A DNA stretch of 63,903 nucleotides, filler included, from Platydemus manokwari (taxonomy: Eukaryota): the NCBI GenBank assembly GCA_037951405.1. It is 6 parts of 6 records of this genome, joined end to end, with 100 filler letters (N's around TTAATTAATTAA, not from the genome) between each part and the next. Parts side by side here need not be neighbours in the genome. Positions count along the whole stretch, not along the records: positions 12,090 to 21,902 come from JBBMOY011201655.1; positions 22,003 to 30,763 come from JBBMOY011354537.1; 4 more parts are not named here. One strand, given 5' to 3'. Below the pieces are notes generated by a model. That model did not search any database. It was not told the origin of the DNA and saw only the letters and a program-made list of their open reading frames with translations. Positions 13,331 through 26,402 of this stretch are shown piece by piece. The number at the start of each line of letters is the position of its first letter. Position 1 is the first letter of the stretch. The translations under genes were made by a program, and so were the position numbers.

Positions 13331-15987
13331 GGAGGAAACTAAAAATCGAATGAGTATGGATTTAAAACGTATCGAAAATAAGATAAAAACAAAATCCAAG
13401 CAATGAACAATACTCGATTTAATTTTAACTAGTCAAGCTTTTGTCATCAGAAATAGATAATTAATGATATTAGTAGTAGACATTAATAGTTAATAAATAA
13501 ATTGCCAGTAATCTATAGAAAATATTAACATAGTTCGATTGTGTGTCCCCCGAAATATAACCATCCAATAGAAACTACGGATTTTATTTTAATGATTTTG
13601 AGAGGATTTTAAGTTCTAAATTTAAAAGATTTTATAAATCAATATCTATTAAATCAATATTAATATATTTAGAAAATTGTAGTTAAATAAATAATTTTGT
13701 GTTGTGATTTTTTAATTCGTTTTCAATCTATGTTTCATAAAGTGGTAGCGGCTTGCAGTTTTATCTGCATTTTTTTTAAACTGATGTTCGTTCTGGTCAA
13801 CCCATTATTAACAGCTGAAAACAATGGAATCACAAACATCATGAAATATTTTGTTGGTATTTGTGTACTTGATCTTTCAATGAATGTACCTTCGATAAAG
13901 CGACGTTCACGTGTTCAATACTTTGCCTTCCTTAAAAAATCTAATAGCCTGATGTTTGATGAAAGTCGATATTCCATGAGCCCCATAATCAACGTATTTT
14001 TAAGTACTCATATTAAGTGCTAACCCGGTATCTAGTTCTGTTATATCTGAGAGTGAAATGTAGAAAATATATTTCGGGTTGATTAGATTTGTAGAATTAC
14101 TAAAACACTAATACTGGCAGATTTGATTCATGAACTATGATCCGGAAAATTATGGTCTGTGATAAAATCTGGTTTTTCTATCGAAAAAAATTCAAAGCAT
14201 ACCGACGAAACTTAATTTGCTTTACCAACCTAGGTTTATCAATATCATTTCGCTTGAATTAGTCAAGTGGTTGATTTTTCCAGCGAACCACTCGCAAAGT
14301 ATCTGACATCGAAATAATTATCCATTATAGAATTGAGCATAATTCAAAATGTAATGAGTAGATTCAAATTCGATACCACTTAATCAGTATTCGAGTTCTG
14401 TTGTCACCTGGTGTGAATAATTCACAGATAACCTATTTTTATTTATGATTTCCCCTCATTGCATTTTATGTAATCGATACAGTTTAATAAGTGAATAAGA
14501 TACTTTGCCATTGAAATTAGTGGATAATATTTTTCATTGAAAAAGAGAGAGAATTATTTGAAAAAGCTCTGCTTCTGTGAATCAGGAGTTTCTATTAAAA
14601 GAAAGGGATTAATTTGGATAACGTTTCATTGAACTAAATAATCCCTTAAGAAGATGAAAATATTTTATTCAATTTATAACTATATCGAAATAATCGATAA
14701 AAGTTAATATTTAGTGAGGAGATTTTTTATCAATTATAAGTTCAAAATATTATTAATCATAATATATTATGATAATAAATTATCGATTTTATTGTTATGA
14801 TTCGATTAAATATTGATTGGATTTGTTAACAATTGACGACATTTCACAGTATTAAAGCTACGGATTTCCTCGATAATAGCTACTCTACCAAGCAATTTCC
14901 ATACTCGATTGATAGAACATTTGATCAATATCTTACCGTTTTGTTCAAAACGTTTTTAAATCTTTAACCTGTATTACAAAACACTATCGAAAATAATCCT
15001 CCTTAAACAGTGATTGATCGACTTCAAAATAATTGATAAATTTTTCTTGAACTCCAGAACAAAACATTGGTTGAAAAAGCTTTTTGAAAATCAAACCATT
15101 ATTGAGAAAGAATGAAATCTCACTGAAAAAATAATGGCGACGATTTCTGAGAACAGCATTTTTTCCTGATTAAATTTATTGATTTCATATTTTTATCCGT
15201 GCAAATATCGAATCGATTCACGACTAGTTTAGACGTTTCTGTATATTTTGTAGGGAGGCTTCTAGAAGTGTGTATCTCAATATTGACACTCCAAAATGAA
15301 AAACAAAGTTTTTTTTCTAATTTCCAAGGATTTATTAAGAGAAATATAATTGGCCTTCTCATTGATTGGATTCAATTCGGATAAATATCTCTTTATTCGT
15401 ATTTGTTGAGTTTTTCAGCTGAAACATGTGCTCGAAAACTCTAACAATGGAAACGCGATGAAATAGAACTGATGACAAATGAAATCTCGTAAGCAATAAA
15501 TTATTATTTAGCAGGATTCTTCGATGCTTTTGATGTTTTGTATGTTCCCATTCTATAAATCAATTTAAATTTATATATTAAACCTATGTTTACCCTCCTG
15601 TCACTAGTTATGTTTAATTTCATGAGGACGGCTTCTATAATAGTATGGAGACTCCCAGTATTATTGACAGGTTAAAATCTATTTTACTGCTGACTGAAAT
15701 TTTGCTCTCAATTTATGCAACTTATAAATGTATGCCACAACTGTCACGTGGCATACAAGATTCGTGTTATGTCAAATAAAATGTGAAGATCAATTTATTT
15801 CTCTTGCAAAAGTTGTTGCTGAACTGAAATCAATGAAATCAGCATGCTTTTAATATTTGATAGCAGTATGTACTGTAGGACCTAACTACGTTCTTTAGCA
15901 TGGCATTTAAACTGGAGTAAAAGTTGCTGCTGAAATAAAAGATTATTGATTTCGATTTTACTTCGATCAATTACTTGCTATTGTTTC

Positions 15988-16300
15988 TTTAGGGATTTGT
16001 TGTTTCAGTAATTAATTCTTCGGATATCTTATCCTGAATACTTGTCCTGTGTCCATTCAACTTAACTGCGTAAGTATTCTTCTATATGGTGGTGGTTGAC
16101 GATCAACTGTAATCCTGTTTATAAATTAAAATTTAATCAATCGTTGGCGCCATACCTTGCTGTACATTTACTCTGGTTTAAACGTGTTTAGTTATATTCC
16201 ACAATCAGTGGTTCTCATAATAGATTGGATTTGTTTATGTTTTTATTCTTTGTGTTTCCATAAAAGTGTAACATGAAATAAAAAATAAACACAATGAGAA
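15988..16300 (-). pseudogene. Spliced gene remnant with a PPPY-containing last exon
   Basis: 41-nt GT-AG intron 16115-16155. Downstream exon reads ITVDRQPPPYRENTYAVKLNGHRTSIQDKISEELITETTNP*. The upstream exon has stops in all frames. Confidence 0.3.
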
Positions 16301-16879
16301 CTTTATTCTCTTTAGCTTTATATTTAATCTCTAATTAAAATAATAAAATAGCAATACAGTTTTTGATATCAATAATACACCCTTGTTAAATAAACTGCAC
16401 AGTTTTTATGTGACTACAATTAAATAAAAATGATTATCAGAGAGGTTATTTTCTTAAGTTAAAACGATGTGTTTCGGGGTTGCTTGTTTAATTGAAATAT
16501 TTTATCAGTCTCAATACTCAATATTTTATTACTATGGATCAATGCCGTCTTGACCAGTTTCATTGAGCTCTGATCAACCTCTAAGTACAATCTATCAAAC
16601 CTAATCTTATTATTTTCTATCTTTACCTCGCGATCGGCAGTAATGATCCGAATATTATATTTATCACAATCAATCTCAAACTTAACTACTTTACATCTAA
16701 ACTATTTATGTTATCAAAATCATCAGACTGTTGAATTATATTGCCGTACAAATAAACACCAAATATAAAATTACAAATTTGCTTTTTTTAAACTACAGTA
16801 TACAACAACAAAAAATTACACCTAAACGACGACCTTACAAATTCTGAAAATAAGCAACGGTTGCAAACTTCAACTCGAG

Positions 16880-17175
16880 AAGCCGAATCAATACCCATAA
16901 GAGGTTTTGTTGGATAAAACTTTATAATAGGGCGTTAAGCGATTCGATAGATAGTATTGATTGAGATTTTGCAGTATTAATCTAACTCACTTTGATTTGA
17001 ACAATAAATCAATATAATGGCAGATGGCTGGAGAACTAATTGAATATCTCGAAGGTTTCTATGGCAAATACGTATGGCTTTTGTTTTCTGGTAATCTTCT
17101 CTAATGGTTTCTAACTTCACGTAGTCCAGTGGTTTCACAAATAGGGCGAGTTGTGATGATTTCAACTCCTATTCA
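16880..17175 (-). mobile_element. Highly decayed rve integrase fragment
   Basis: GVEIITTRP...TGLREVRNH and a later TPYYKVLSNK resemble the P-x4-G-x2-E-R-x-N and SP/TP-x3-FG parts of LTR integrases; many stops. Confidence 0.3.
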
Positions 17176-19189
17176 TACTTTTCCTATGTCGTCGCTTATA
17201 ATAATTCCGATTAAAATATATTTCAATACAATATTATAAATATCCCATATATTTGTTGAATATTATTACAATAAAATTACCCTAATGTTTATTTATTCCA
17301 CCCATTATATTCAATTGTTACTAAATTTGGAAAATATTATTTTAAAGTATCAATATATTGATTATGTAATTATTTATTTTCAGAATTTCACATAAACTAT
17401 AAAATATAAAAATTATCGCTATATTGCGATATTCCATGCAAAATAAATAAAATGTTTCAATTTATCTTTTCAATGGATAAAATTGGATACTAAAATAACT
17501 TTTTACAAACTGAATAAAAACCAACTAATTGATACAATTCAATTAGATTGGAAAAATTATGAATTACTACAATATACATTTACACTGTTTATAACAATTG
17601 GCATTGTCATAATTGTTATTTGAATTTGAGGAGCGAATTTATCAGATCCCCAACAAAATGTTATTATTTTCTTATTGATTATTGATAATTTCCGTGATCG
17701 TATATATTTTGGAATTTTGATAAACACGTCCAGATTTGATTCCGAATTGAGTATTGAATTTTATTTAATGGGTTTATGATTATCATTGGATTATTGGGTT
17801 TATTATTGAATTATTGCTGATTATTGAATTTATTATGGAATATTATCATCAAAAATGTCAGTGTAATATAATTGTACTTTTTAATTATTCGGTGACTTAC
17901 ACACCTATATTCAATATTTTCTTTGATTATAATTATGTTCTGATAAATTATACTTCATATCTTCCTAATATCAAAAAAGCATTCAAAAAAAATAAAAATT
18001 TTGATTTCTAAAACTAACAGAATAGCATTTGAAATAATTTCGCAAAATCTAAATTTTGTTCTCGATTTCAGATTTCGATTAGGAGATGAATTAAAAATTC
18101 AAATAAACTTTACAACATGAAATTTACATCAAAATTGCATCACACAAGAACAAATTTTCACCAAGATAAACTCATTAACAGATATTGATTTTTGGCAAAA
18201 AAAAATATATTAAATAAATTATTAATTCAATATATTAGCTAATCACAAGTTGAAATCGTTGGGAATTGTTTTGTTTGCTGACAACGAAAATATAAAAATA
18301 GACTGATAATTAATGAATAAATATAAATATGTTGGCTAATGTTAACATAAATTATCGATAGCTCAATAATTATATTTTCTGCTCATTTCGATCGATATGA
18401 ATATTTGGCTAGAACGTAATCATCTCAGAGTACACTAGATTGTTTTTGTGTGTGGCTATGTTATTCCATTTTGAAATAATGAACTTCGACAGCGTAGAAG
18501 ATTCCTTTTGATTCGATTTTTATAAATTGTGATCAATAATATTTGACAACAAGATAAGATATGACTGAAATTTGATTTGTACGAGATTAATTGGCCGAAA
18601 TATTGAATTCAAAAATGAGACTCTCACAGATTACAGGTTCTTTAGGTAGTTTTAATTTCAGCTCTAAGGCATAATTAAGGGTTTGCAAAACATGAATTGA
18701 GAATAAGCAAGATCCCACTTAAATATTTATATAAAACAAGTACTTCGTCTCATTAATTAAATTAGTTTTTATTCGCACTAAAATTGTACTCGTGCTTTAA
18801 CTCTCTGGTTCCTCTGGTCCTGATAATATGTTTTTACGATTAGGGTCGCCAGTAAAACAGAAAATTTAATAAGCACAGGTTACTTTAATTATTATTATAT
18901 TATTTTTATTTTATATTCTGTGTCAAATATGGTTACTGTAATTGACAATGATATTATCGATTAAATAAATGATTTTAGGGTTAATTGTCACCAATGACGT
19001 GTTGGTCTGAATAATTGACAAATAAGGACGCGAGAATTGAGTCATGAATATGTTTATTTATGTATATTTATTTAAACAAATAAATTTACAAAAACCGATA
19101 CAGCTAATATATAGCAAAACATTGTTTCACATCCCAAGATTTTGCTTCCATATCAGTTGTTTAGCACTAAATGGTAAAGCGCAATAAAG

Positions 19190-19356
19190 GCAGTGTTTGT
19201 GCGTGATATGCCCCAATTAAATTGTTGCCATATCAATCCGAAAGGTTGCGTCACTTAAATAGCAACATGTATAATTTACTCCATCTTTGTGTGCATAATG
19301 TACGCCACTTTATTGTCGAAAATTGAAGTTTAATAAAAGCAAGGAACATTCAAATG
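19190..19356 (-). pseudogene. Degenerate paired C2H2 zinc fingers, Hunchback/Ikaros C-terminal-like
   Basis: FECSL...FDNKVAYIMHTKM, frameshift, GVNYTCCYLSDATF...*LGHITHKHC. Preceded by an Asn-rich frame encoded by the (ATT)n tracts. Confidence 0.4.
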
Positions 19357-19682
19357 ATATCAAATTAAGAAATCAAAATCCCGCATGCCAGTTAACAAAC
19401 ACACAATGAAGGCATTATTTCAGATAGGTTTTTGGAAGAAGGTCCGGAATTATTGATATATGTGGTGAACATAGTGAAATGGATTTTTTCATTTATTATT
19501 TTTTCATTATGTAGACGGTTGTTGTTGTTATTAGTGTTTACTGGTACTAAAAACATTTGGTTTATCAAACGAATTTATGATTTACCATTTTTATGTTTTT
19601 CTTCCTTTTCTATTGGCTTTTTAAAATCGGATAACATTTTATTTTTCTCGCATCACTTATTGCAATTTTTTTATTATTATTC

Positions 19683-19718
<36 letters not shown>
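19683..19718. repeat. (ATT)n microsatellite
   Basis: About 12 perfect ATT units. Confidence 0.95.
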
Positions 19719-19721
<3 letters not shown>

Positions 19722-19852
19722 ATTTTCTGTAATTGTTTGTTTTAGTAATTAAATATATTAGAGTTTTATTTTCTATTTTATGGTTATTATTATTATTATT
19801 TGATAATTCTATTTTATTATCACTATCGCTATTTCATCTCAATTGCTTTATA

Positions 19853-20783
19853 TATCAACATATCGATATCCATGGCCAATTTCTCGTTCAATCCCAACAC
19901 ACCAGTATTCGTCACAAGAAACAAATAAATCACTTAATGGCAAGCCCATATGTTGTCGGGCTGTGTTAATTGTATTGATTTTGTCAAATTTGTATTTTTC
20001 CTTCATCTAAATATGTTGAATAAATGCTGATAGCAATGGATTATTGCACTCGCCATGATGATATTGTTTGTTACTTCAATCATTATTTAGAGTTTGTCGG
20101 CTCTCATTAGTTTTTTACCGATTTATAAAGGAATTAAAACAATTAGAAAGGGATAATTATCAATAATAACATTCATACACAAGATAATGATAAACTAATT
20201 TTATTAGTATCAATCACTTCACACTAAAACAAAATAAAATGTAAAACAAATATTCCAAAGTTTTAAAGATCAGTTAAATGTAAGCGTATTGATTCTGTTT
20301 ATGGTTGGTCGATTTTGGTAGTGTTGTTTATCTATTGGATTTAGTTCTTGAGATATTTTGATTATCGGGTTGTGATTTAATTAATTCACGTTACTCTATC
20401 TTAGCATTGTCATCAAGTCAATAACATGATGATAACTAACAAAATACAAAGGAAAAATATTAAGCTGATTTATTAGATTCTGGCCTAAAGTAGAGATTAA
20501 ATAAACCGAAGGAATTGAAACGAGACCATGCATTGAATTTCTTTGTAATTCATTGAGTAACAAATCATTTGTAATCATGGCGAATGCAATAATCCATCAG
20601 TATCAGCATTTATTCAACATATTTAGATGAAAGAAAAATACAAATTTGACAAAATCAATACAATTAACACAGCCCGACGACAACATATGGGCTTGCCATT
20701 AAGTGATTTATTTGTTTCTTGCGACGAATACTGGTGTTTAGGGATTGAACGAGAAATTGGCCATGGATATCGATATGGTGATA
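19853..20783. repeat. Long inverted repeat: arms ~19853-20079 and ~20553-20783, spacer ~470 bp
   Basis: Arms are near-identical reverse complements, e.g. tatcgatatccatggccaatttctcgttcaatccc versus gggattgaacgagaaattggccatggatatcgata, with few substitutions and one 3-nt indel in the core. Confidence 0.95.
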
Positions 20784-20963
20784 AGACATGTACGGGATGC
20801 CCGCGGGGTTTAAATTAATAACAGAGTGGTGAGGGATTAACAAGTAGATTTCTTTGTTTAAAAAATCAAGATTCGAATATCGATTTAGCCTCGGCTTTTA
20901 ACAAAACAAACACCATTAGCAACAACAATTTATTTCAAAAACATCCCAAAAATCGATCAGATA

Positions 20964-21661
20964 TCACGAAATCAATTTACTGGTGCCAGGAGCAAACATT
21001 TTAATCGATCTGAGTTGCAATGAGAAATGATAAACATGGCTCTCGGTCGTTATGAATGTGTTGTCATGGATATATATCGAGATCTAAAATGATTGGTCAA
21101 TGTCGATCATGTCTTACAAATGCTCTTTACCTGTCCGTCAAGCGATCGGGAAAAACCACTTTTGAGAGGTCTGATATCGATTACGGTGTACATTTGTTGC
21201 TGGAAAAGCGTTATCAGATCGTGCAATTCAATATCGGAATCATTCAAGTGTGAACCAATTACGACGAACTCTGATGACAATCGACAAATATCGAATATCT
21301 CGACCATTTGTTGCCGATTGAAACCACAATGAAACAAATTGCTTATGTTATCAATCATCAATGAGCCACAATTTTTGTTTTCATTGAGAAAATTGACGAT
21401 GTCGCTAAACATATCATTTGTACGATTCATGTCGAAGAATTTAATTTTATCCAGATTACGAAGCATTCCAAAACTATTTTTTAAACTTTCTAGATAGTAT
21501 TTCGATGAATTCTGAAGGCATAAAACCACAACATTATCTTGATTGAGCTGAGTTGATATAAGGTTTACAATAAACTCGCAACATCTCGATGAGTTATGAC
21601 TGGTCATAAAAAGTTTATTTTGAATTGGTAAAATATCTTTCAATGTAGCATTAAAGTCCAT
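20964..21661 (-). CDS. ELP6: Elongator complex protein 6 (exons 21661-21131, 21083-20964; 216 aa)
   Basis: LMIDNIS, IRPLKSGFSRSLDG and C-terminal YHFSLQLRSIKMFAPGTS match the ELP6 pattern. A 47-nt phase-0 GT-AG intron (21084-21130) restores the C-terminus. Confidence 0.88.
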
Positions 21662-21902
21662 ATTTTTAAAAAATTATATAAACGAAGATATATAGAATTA
21701 AAACTTATTTTTTAAATAAACACGTTAAATTTAAATATTAAACAAACAAATTTATATCTAAATTTTGAAATAATCAACATTTAATTATTAACAAAAAATT
21801 TGTGTAGACTTTGTGAATTTGTTACCTTTGAAGTAATCAATATTCACGGTTAAATAGAACTAATCGACATTTTAAATGGTGGAAAAAAATTGTTACAGTT
21901 CA

Positions 21903-22002
21903 NNNNNNNNNNNNNNNNNNNNNNNNNNNNNNNNNNNNNNNNNNNNTTAATTAATTAANNNNNNNNNNNNNNNNNNNNNNNNNNNNNNNNNNNNNNNNNN
22001 NN
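21903..22002. other. Assembly gap spacer
   Basis: N44-TTAATTAATTAA-N44. Confidence 0.98.
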
Positions 22003-22937
22003 AAAATAAATACAAAATTGGAAGATCGAATGTTGGTTTTGGAAATTTAGATCTATAACTGGATAAAAAATTATTTTTATAAATATTGGAATCATAGATT
22101 ATAATTTTATATATGTGTAATGTTAGAAATAATATTAACAAAAAATATAAAATTAAGCTATTCTTTGTTAGGGTATTGTCGAGTTTCTCATTTATCGTTC
22201 GACAGTTTAAACAAATATTCTACTGATAGACTATTTACTCATCAAATATGATAGCACTTCAAATATATCATATCATAATATACTCCGTGATGACTTGGAA
22301 ATCTCTGACTGTTTCGTTTGAAATTACCAGTTGATTGTAGCATTTGTATTTGGTTCCATAACAGCATGCTCCTCACGGTATTTGGGCTTTCCTCGTTGTT
22401 GGTCATCATACGAACAATTACAAAATTATCTATATTTAAATTTTATTTCCCTGACCTAAGTGTGGAGACTTCATGTTTAAATCAAATCAAAATCTTCATT
22501 TTCAAATTGCTTTATTATTATACAGGGAAAATGTAAAGCTATCGAATATTTGTTATTATAAATCTAAACTGAGAAATACATAGCTTAACAAAATGAGATA
22601 TCCTTAAATGAAAATTAAGATCTTGAGATTCACATGATTTGCACGTATTTTTCGAATTCGTTTCATTACTTTTTGTTTTATTCTTACTTTTAAATCCTAA
22701 ATCATAAAATTTTGGAAATGCTAAATTTGTTCTATTATTTGTTTATACATATTTCTGTTGTTCCTAAACCAAAGCCAAATGAATAACGAAAAAATTTGAT
22801 TAATTTGAAATTTATTTTTAAAAATTATTTAACAAATGAAATTAAAATGAATAATTAAAATAGGATAGAATAAATATATATATTTAACCCATTTAAGATC
22901 ATATTACTGTTTTTTATCCTTCACCTCTGTTACGATA

Positions 22938-23927
22938 TTATGGTTTGTCATTGATGTTTGGAGTTACAGATTTTTCATTATATTGCTTTTCATCCAAGAT
23001 TTCTATTTCGGAACTTTCAGTCACCAATTTATTTTCTATTTCTTCGGTTGGTTTTGTTACCAATTCTTTATTGAAAGTATTACTTAAATCGATAATATCT
23101 GCTTCATTTCTAGTGTCACCCAATGGTTTTATCGATTTAGTGGCATCTATGGATTCACTTTCAATTGGCGATTCAGTGCTTGTTTCTTTGATGATTTTAC
23201 TTGCTGGCTCTTCGGTTTGCACAATATCTGGATGATCAGTGACTTCTTTAGATTCTAATTCTTCAACTGGATCGATTTGAGGCTCTGGTTTTTCAGTTGT
23301 AGGCTCTATTTCATTTACAGGTTTTTCGACTGGGTCAGTTTCTATAATCTCATTAGTAATGTTTGTTTCCATTTCTCCAGTTGGTTCTAAATCTTGGATT
23401 AATTGTTCCTCTGGTTCAGGTTTTATTATTTCTCTCATGTGGTTTCTTACTGGTTTAAGAAGTGGATCGTGAATCGGTTCTATGTTATTAGCCGGTTGTT
23501 CATAAAGTTCATGATGTGGCTCTTGAATTAGATCGCCATGAATATATTTGTTTTCTATTTCATTAGCCGGTTGCTCATAAATTTCATTATGACGCTTTTG
23601 AATTGGTCCGCCATGCATAATCATGTTTTCTATTTCATGAGCAGGTTGCTCATAAAGTTCATGATGCGGCTCTTGAATTGGTTCCCGATGGATCTCTTCA
23701 TTTGGAAATTCTCTCTCAATGTGCTCATGTCTTTCAGAATTCCTGCTGGGAATGGTTTTTACTGAATTTAGTGGTTCAAATTCTAAATATCTTGGATGAC
23801 CATTTCTAAAAAATATTATTAATTTTTGGTGATCTCGATGTCGATGGTGTTTTGGAATATGTCGTGATAATAATATTTGTGGGTCTGATAACAACATTAC
23901 ACACAAAACAAAATATAACGAAACCAT
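22938..23927 (-). CDS. Intronless putative secreted His/Glu/Pro-rich protein with 25-aa repeats (329 aa)
   Basis: Long ORF in AT-rich DNA with a hydrophobic N-terminus (MVSLYFVLCVMLL), IQEPHHELYEQPAxEIE repeats and an acidic E/P/T-rich C-terminal half. Confidence 0.85.
   Translation of the reverse strand: MVSLYFVLCVMLLSDPQILLSRHIPKHHRHRDHQKLIIFFRNGHPRYLEFEPLNSVKTIPSRNSERHEHIEREFPNEEIHREPIQEPHHELYEQPAHEIENMIMHGGPIQKRHNEIYEQPANEIENKYIHGDLIQEPHHELYEQPANNIEPIHDPLLKPVRNHMREIIKPEPEEQLIQDLEPTGEMETNITNEIIETDPVEKPVNEIEPTTEKPEPQIDPVEELESKEVTDHPDIVQTEEPASKIIKETSTESPIESESIDATKSIKPLGDTRNEADIIDLSNTFNKELVTKPTEEIENKLVTESSEIEILDEKQYNEKSVTPNINDKP
23476..23680 (-). repeat. Coding tandem repeat, 75-bp period, ~2.7 copies
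   Basis: ggttgytcataaa and ttgaatt blocks recur every 75 bp (tcttgaatt at 23521 and 23671). Confidence 0.9.
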
Positions 23928-26380
23928 ATTTTTATTTTATAACTTATTTTTGGAATATAAGAGCGTTTTATACTCAAACCATGAATTATTTGAGAGTTAT
24001 CATTTGGTATATCATTCCAAAACCGATGTGAAAATTAACGACAATAATGAACAACAAAACATAAGTAAGATAACCAAATTTTGTACAACTGTGTGTTGAA
24101 TTACTTATGAGATTAAGGCACTTTTTAAACACAATTCAACATGTGTTGATGGTTTTATTTTAAGATTATATTTTCTTGTTGAATAACGCTACATATGGTA
24201 TTCAAATAATTTTTATTAAGTCTGAACAATTAAATTATATTTGGTTTTTGTTTTAGTTTCACATAAAAATATAAAATAGGATTGATTTTGTAAAAAAAAT
24301 AATAAAGTAATAAGCGTTCCTTCATTTTTAATTAATTTTACTTTATTATTATTTGTTTACTTCTATATTTTGTCTGTACTCCATTTATCTTTTTAATTGA
24401 CGAAAATTTTCTGTAATATTATAAGATCTCTCAAATCAATTAATTAATTTACTGAAATTATTTTTATCAGCATGTATGGCCTGTTTCAAATTTTGGTCGA
24501 ATGACTTTTATTTTTCGTTTCTTTCTAAATACAATATTATATTATCCCTAGTAGTACAATGTGATAATTTTCAATTTATTTTGAATATTTATCTTTTTAT
24601 TGATAGATTTCCCTTAATGGTTTGCATAGGGTTGATAGTTAATGTTCGGTAATGATAGTTAAAAAGATATTACACATAATATCCCATAAGGAATTGTTAA
24701 AATTATTGATTAATTAATTATTTGAATGCGAGAAAGAACCTCAGTAGCCTATGTATTCGACTAGGAATCTGAAACGTCTCAGAAAATAAGTTGAATGTAA
24801 AGCAATGCAAGAACAGATAAACTCTTTAATAACTTATGGTAGAGCACAATAAGTAAATTAGAATAACAATCGTATTATGTTTGATATTAAAGAAATCTCT
24901 AGTTAGTTTGTCAAAATTACTGATGGAGTTTGATATATTGAAAGGCTGTCTCAAATTTATAAGAGATATTAACTGGCCATGTTATTAAGGCAATGTAAGT
25001 ATTTTGTTATTGAGGATTGCTGATGATTGTTGAGTATCCCAACAATAATCTGAATCTAAGTGCGCGATATTATTTGCTTTCATTAAAAGTGACGATAAAT
25101 ATATGTTAAATACATTGATAAAGAATGTATTAATTACAACACGAACACACTACTAGATATATATCCTAATCCTTATTTTGATTTCTTATGGCAGATGTTA
25201 GGTGGTTTTAATTTCTTAATTTGAGATGGAAGTATAAATAATGCCACTTATATAGAAGCTGACATTTCCATGTTAAAAGGTGGATTTTTCCGAGATTTAT
25301 AAAAATATTTTTATTCAAATTTTAATACTGCGTCAATGGAGACCAGCGGCAGCTGACTGGATTCAAGGTGTCAAGAATGAAATTCAAAATTATGAACTAA
25401 CCTTCGTAATTTTACCAGTTCAAGATAATTTTACAAAATATATTAAGGAATTTAATTTACTATTCATCATTTTCGAAAGGGATTTTACAATTTTGGTTTT
25501 ATGTTAAACTATGAATTTCGAAAATGAAATAGTGAGGTGTTTTTCAATATGTTAGTGTAGATAATATTGGAAAAGGTTGCATATATTTCTTTTATAATAT
25601 TTCAATATTTTGTCTAGCTCTGCAAAATATTTCTGATACCGAATTTTGATAGTAAATATTCATGATGAAGTTTTTGATGTGCTTGAGTCAAGTGAAATAG
25701 CTAATTGAAATTATATAAGTTATATTGATTTCTGATTGGATTTTCTCTACATAAAAGCAATGACAAATACCTAGTTGCCATAGTGACGTGAATTAGGCAA
25801 TGAATGTTATTGGTCATAATGTTCATGCGATCGATCTACTTTAGGATTTGGAAAATTATTAATGGTAAATAAATTGAGATTATTTTTGAAATGAGTTTAT
25901 TTTACGAATTCAGATCGAAACCCCATAAGAATAAAAAAATGTGCAAATTTTTTTTATTTTCATTCTGAGTTGTGAAGTTAAAGTGGCGATAATAATTATA
26001 ACTATAATTATAATGCACTGTTTTGTTGAGATTTGTTACCCAAATATTTCACTCCTGACAATCAACAGATTGCAGCTGAACCATTTTTGCAAGCACCCAT
26101 GGTAAAAGTATTAAAAGAAAAATTCTTTTTATTCTAAAAATGTGCCTACATACCCCTAATTTGCAACAAGAAATTAGTACCAGCAGACATATCACTCAGT
26201 GTTGAGCTGTAGATTCAACAGCTATTTTCAGTGCCAATCTGTTCGTCACGTGATTCGAAATATTTCCATAAAAATCGATCACAAACAAGTGCTGTGGATA
26301 AATAAAACAAAAATCACAAAATGACAACCAAAATTATATTTACAAAAAATAAAGCACAGGAATAACGCGATAAAATAAAA

Positions 26381-26396
26381 TCTCTCTCTCTCTCTC
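26381..26396. repeat. (TC)8 microsatellite just 3' of the torsin stop
   Basis: tctctctctctctctc. Confidence 0.85.
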
Positions 26397-26402
26397 GATA
26401 AA

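Noticed and set aside
18400-18720. hAT-like CFA and KWNN fragments; other broken frames at 6150-7150, 14800-15500, 29400-30200 and 42550-43900
   Set aside because: Too decayed to assign without a database search.
19432-19969. Hydrophobic plus-strand ORFs (also 61584-61799, 22945-23235, 46320-46598)
   Set aside because: Antisense shadows of microsatellites or of real minus-strand frames.
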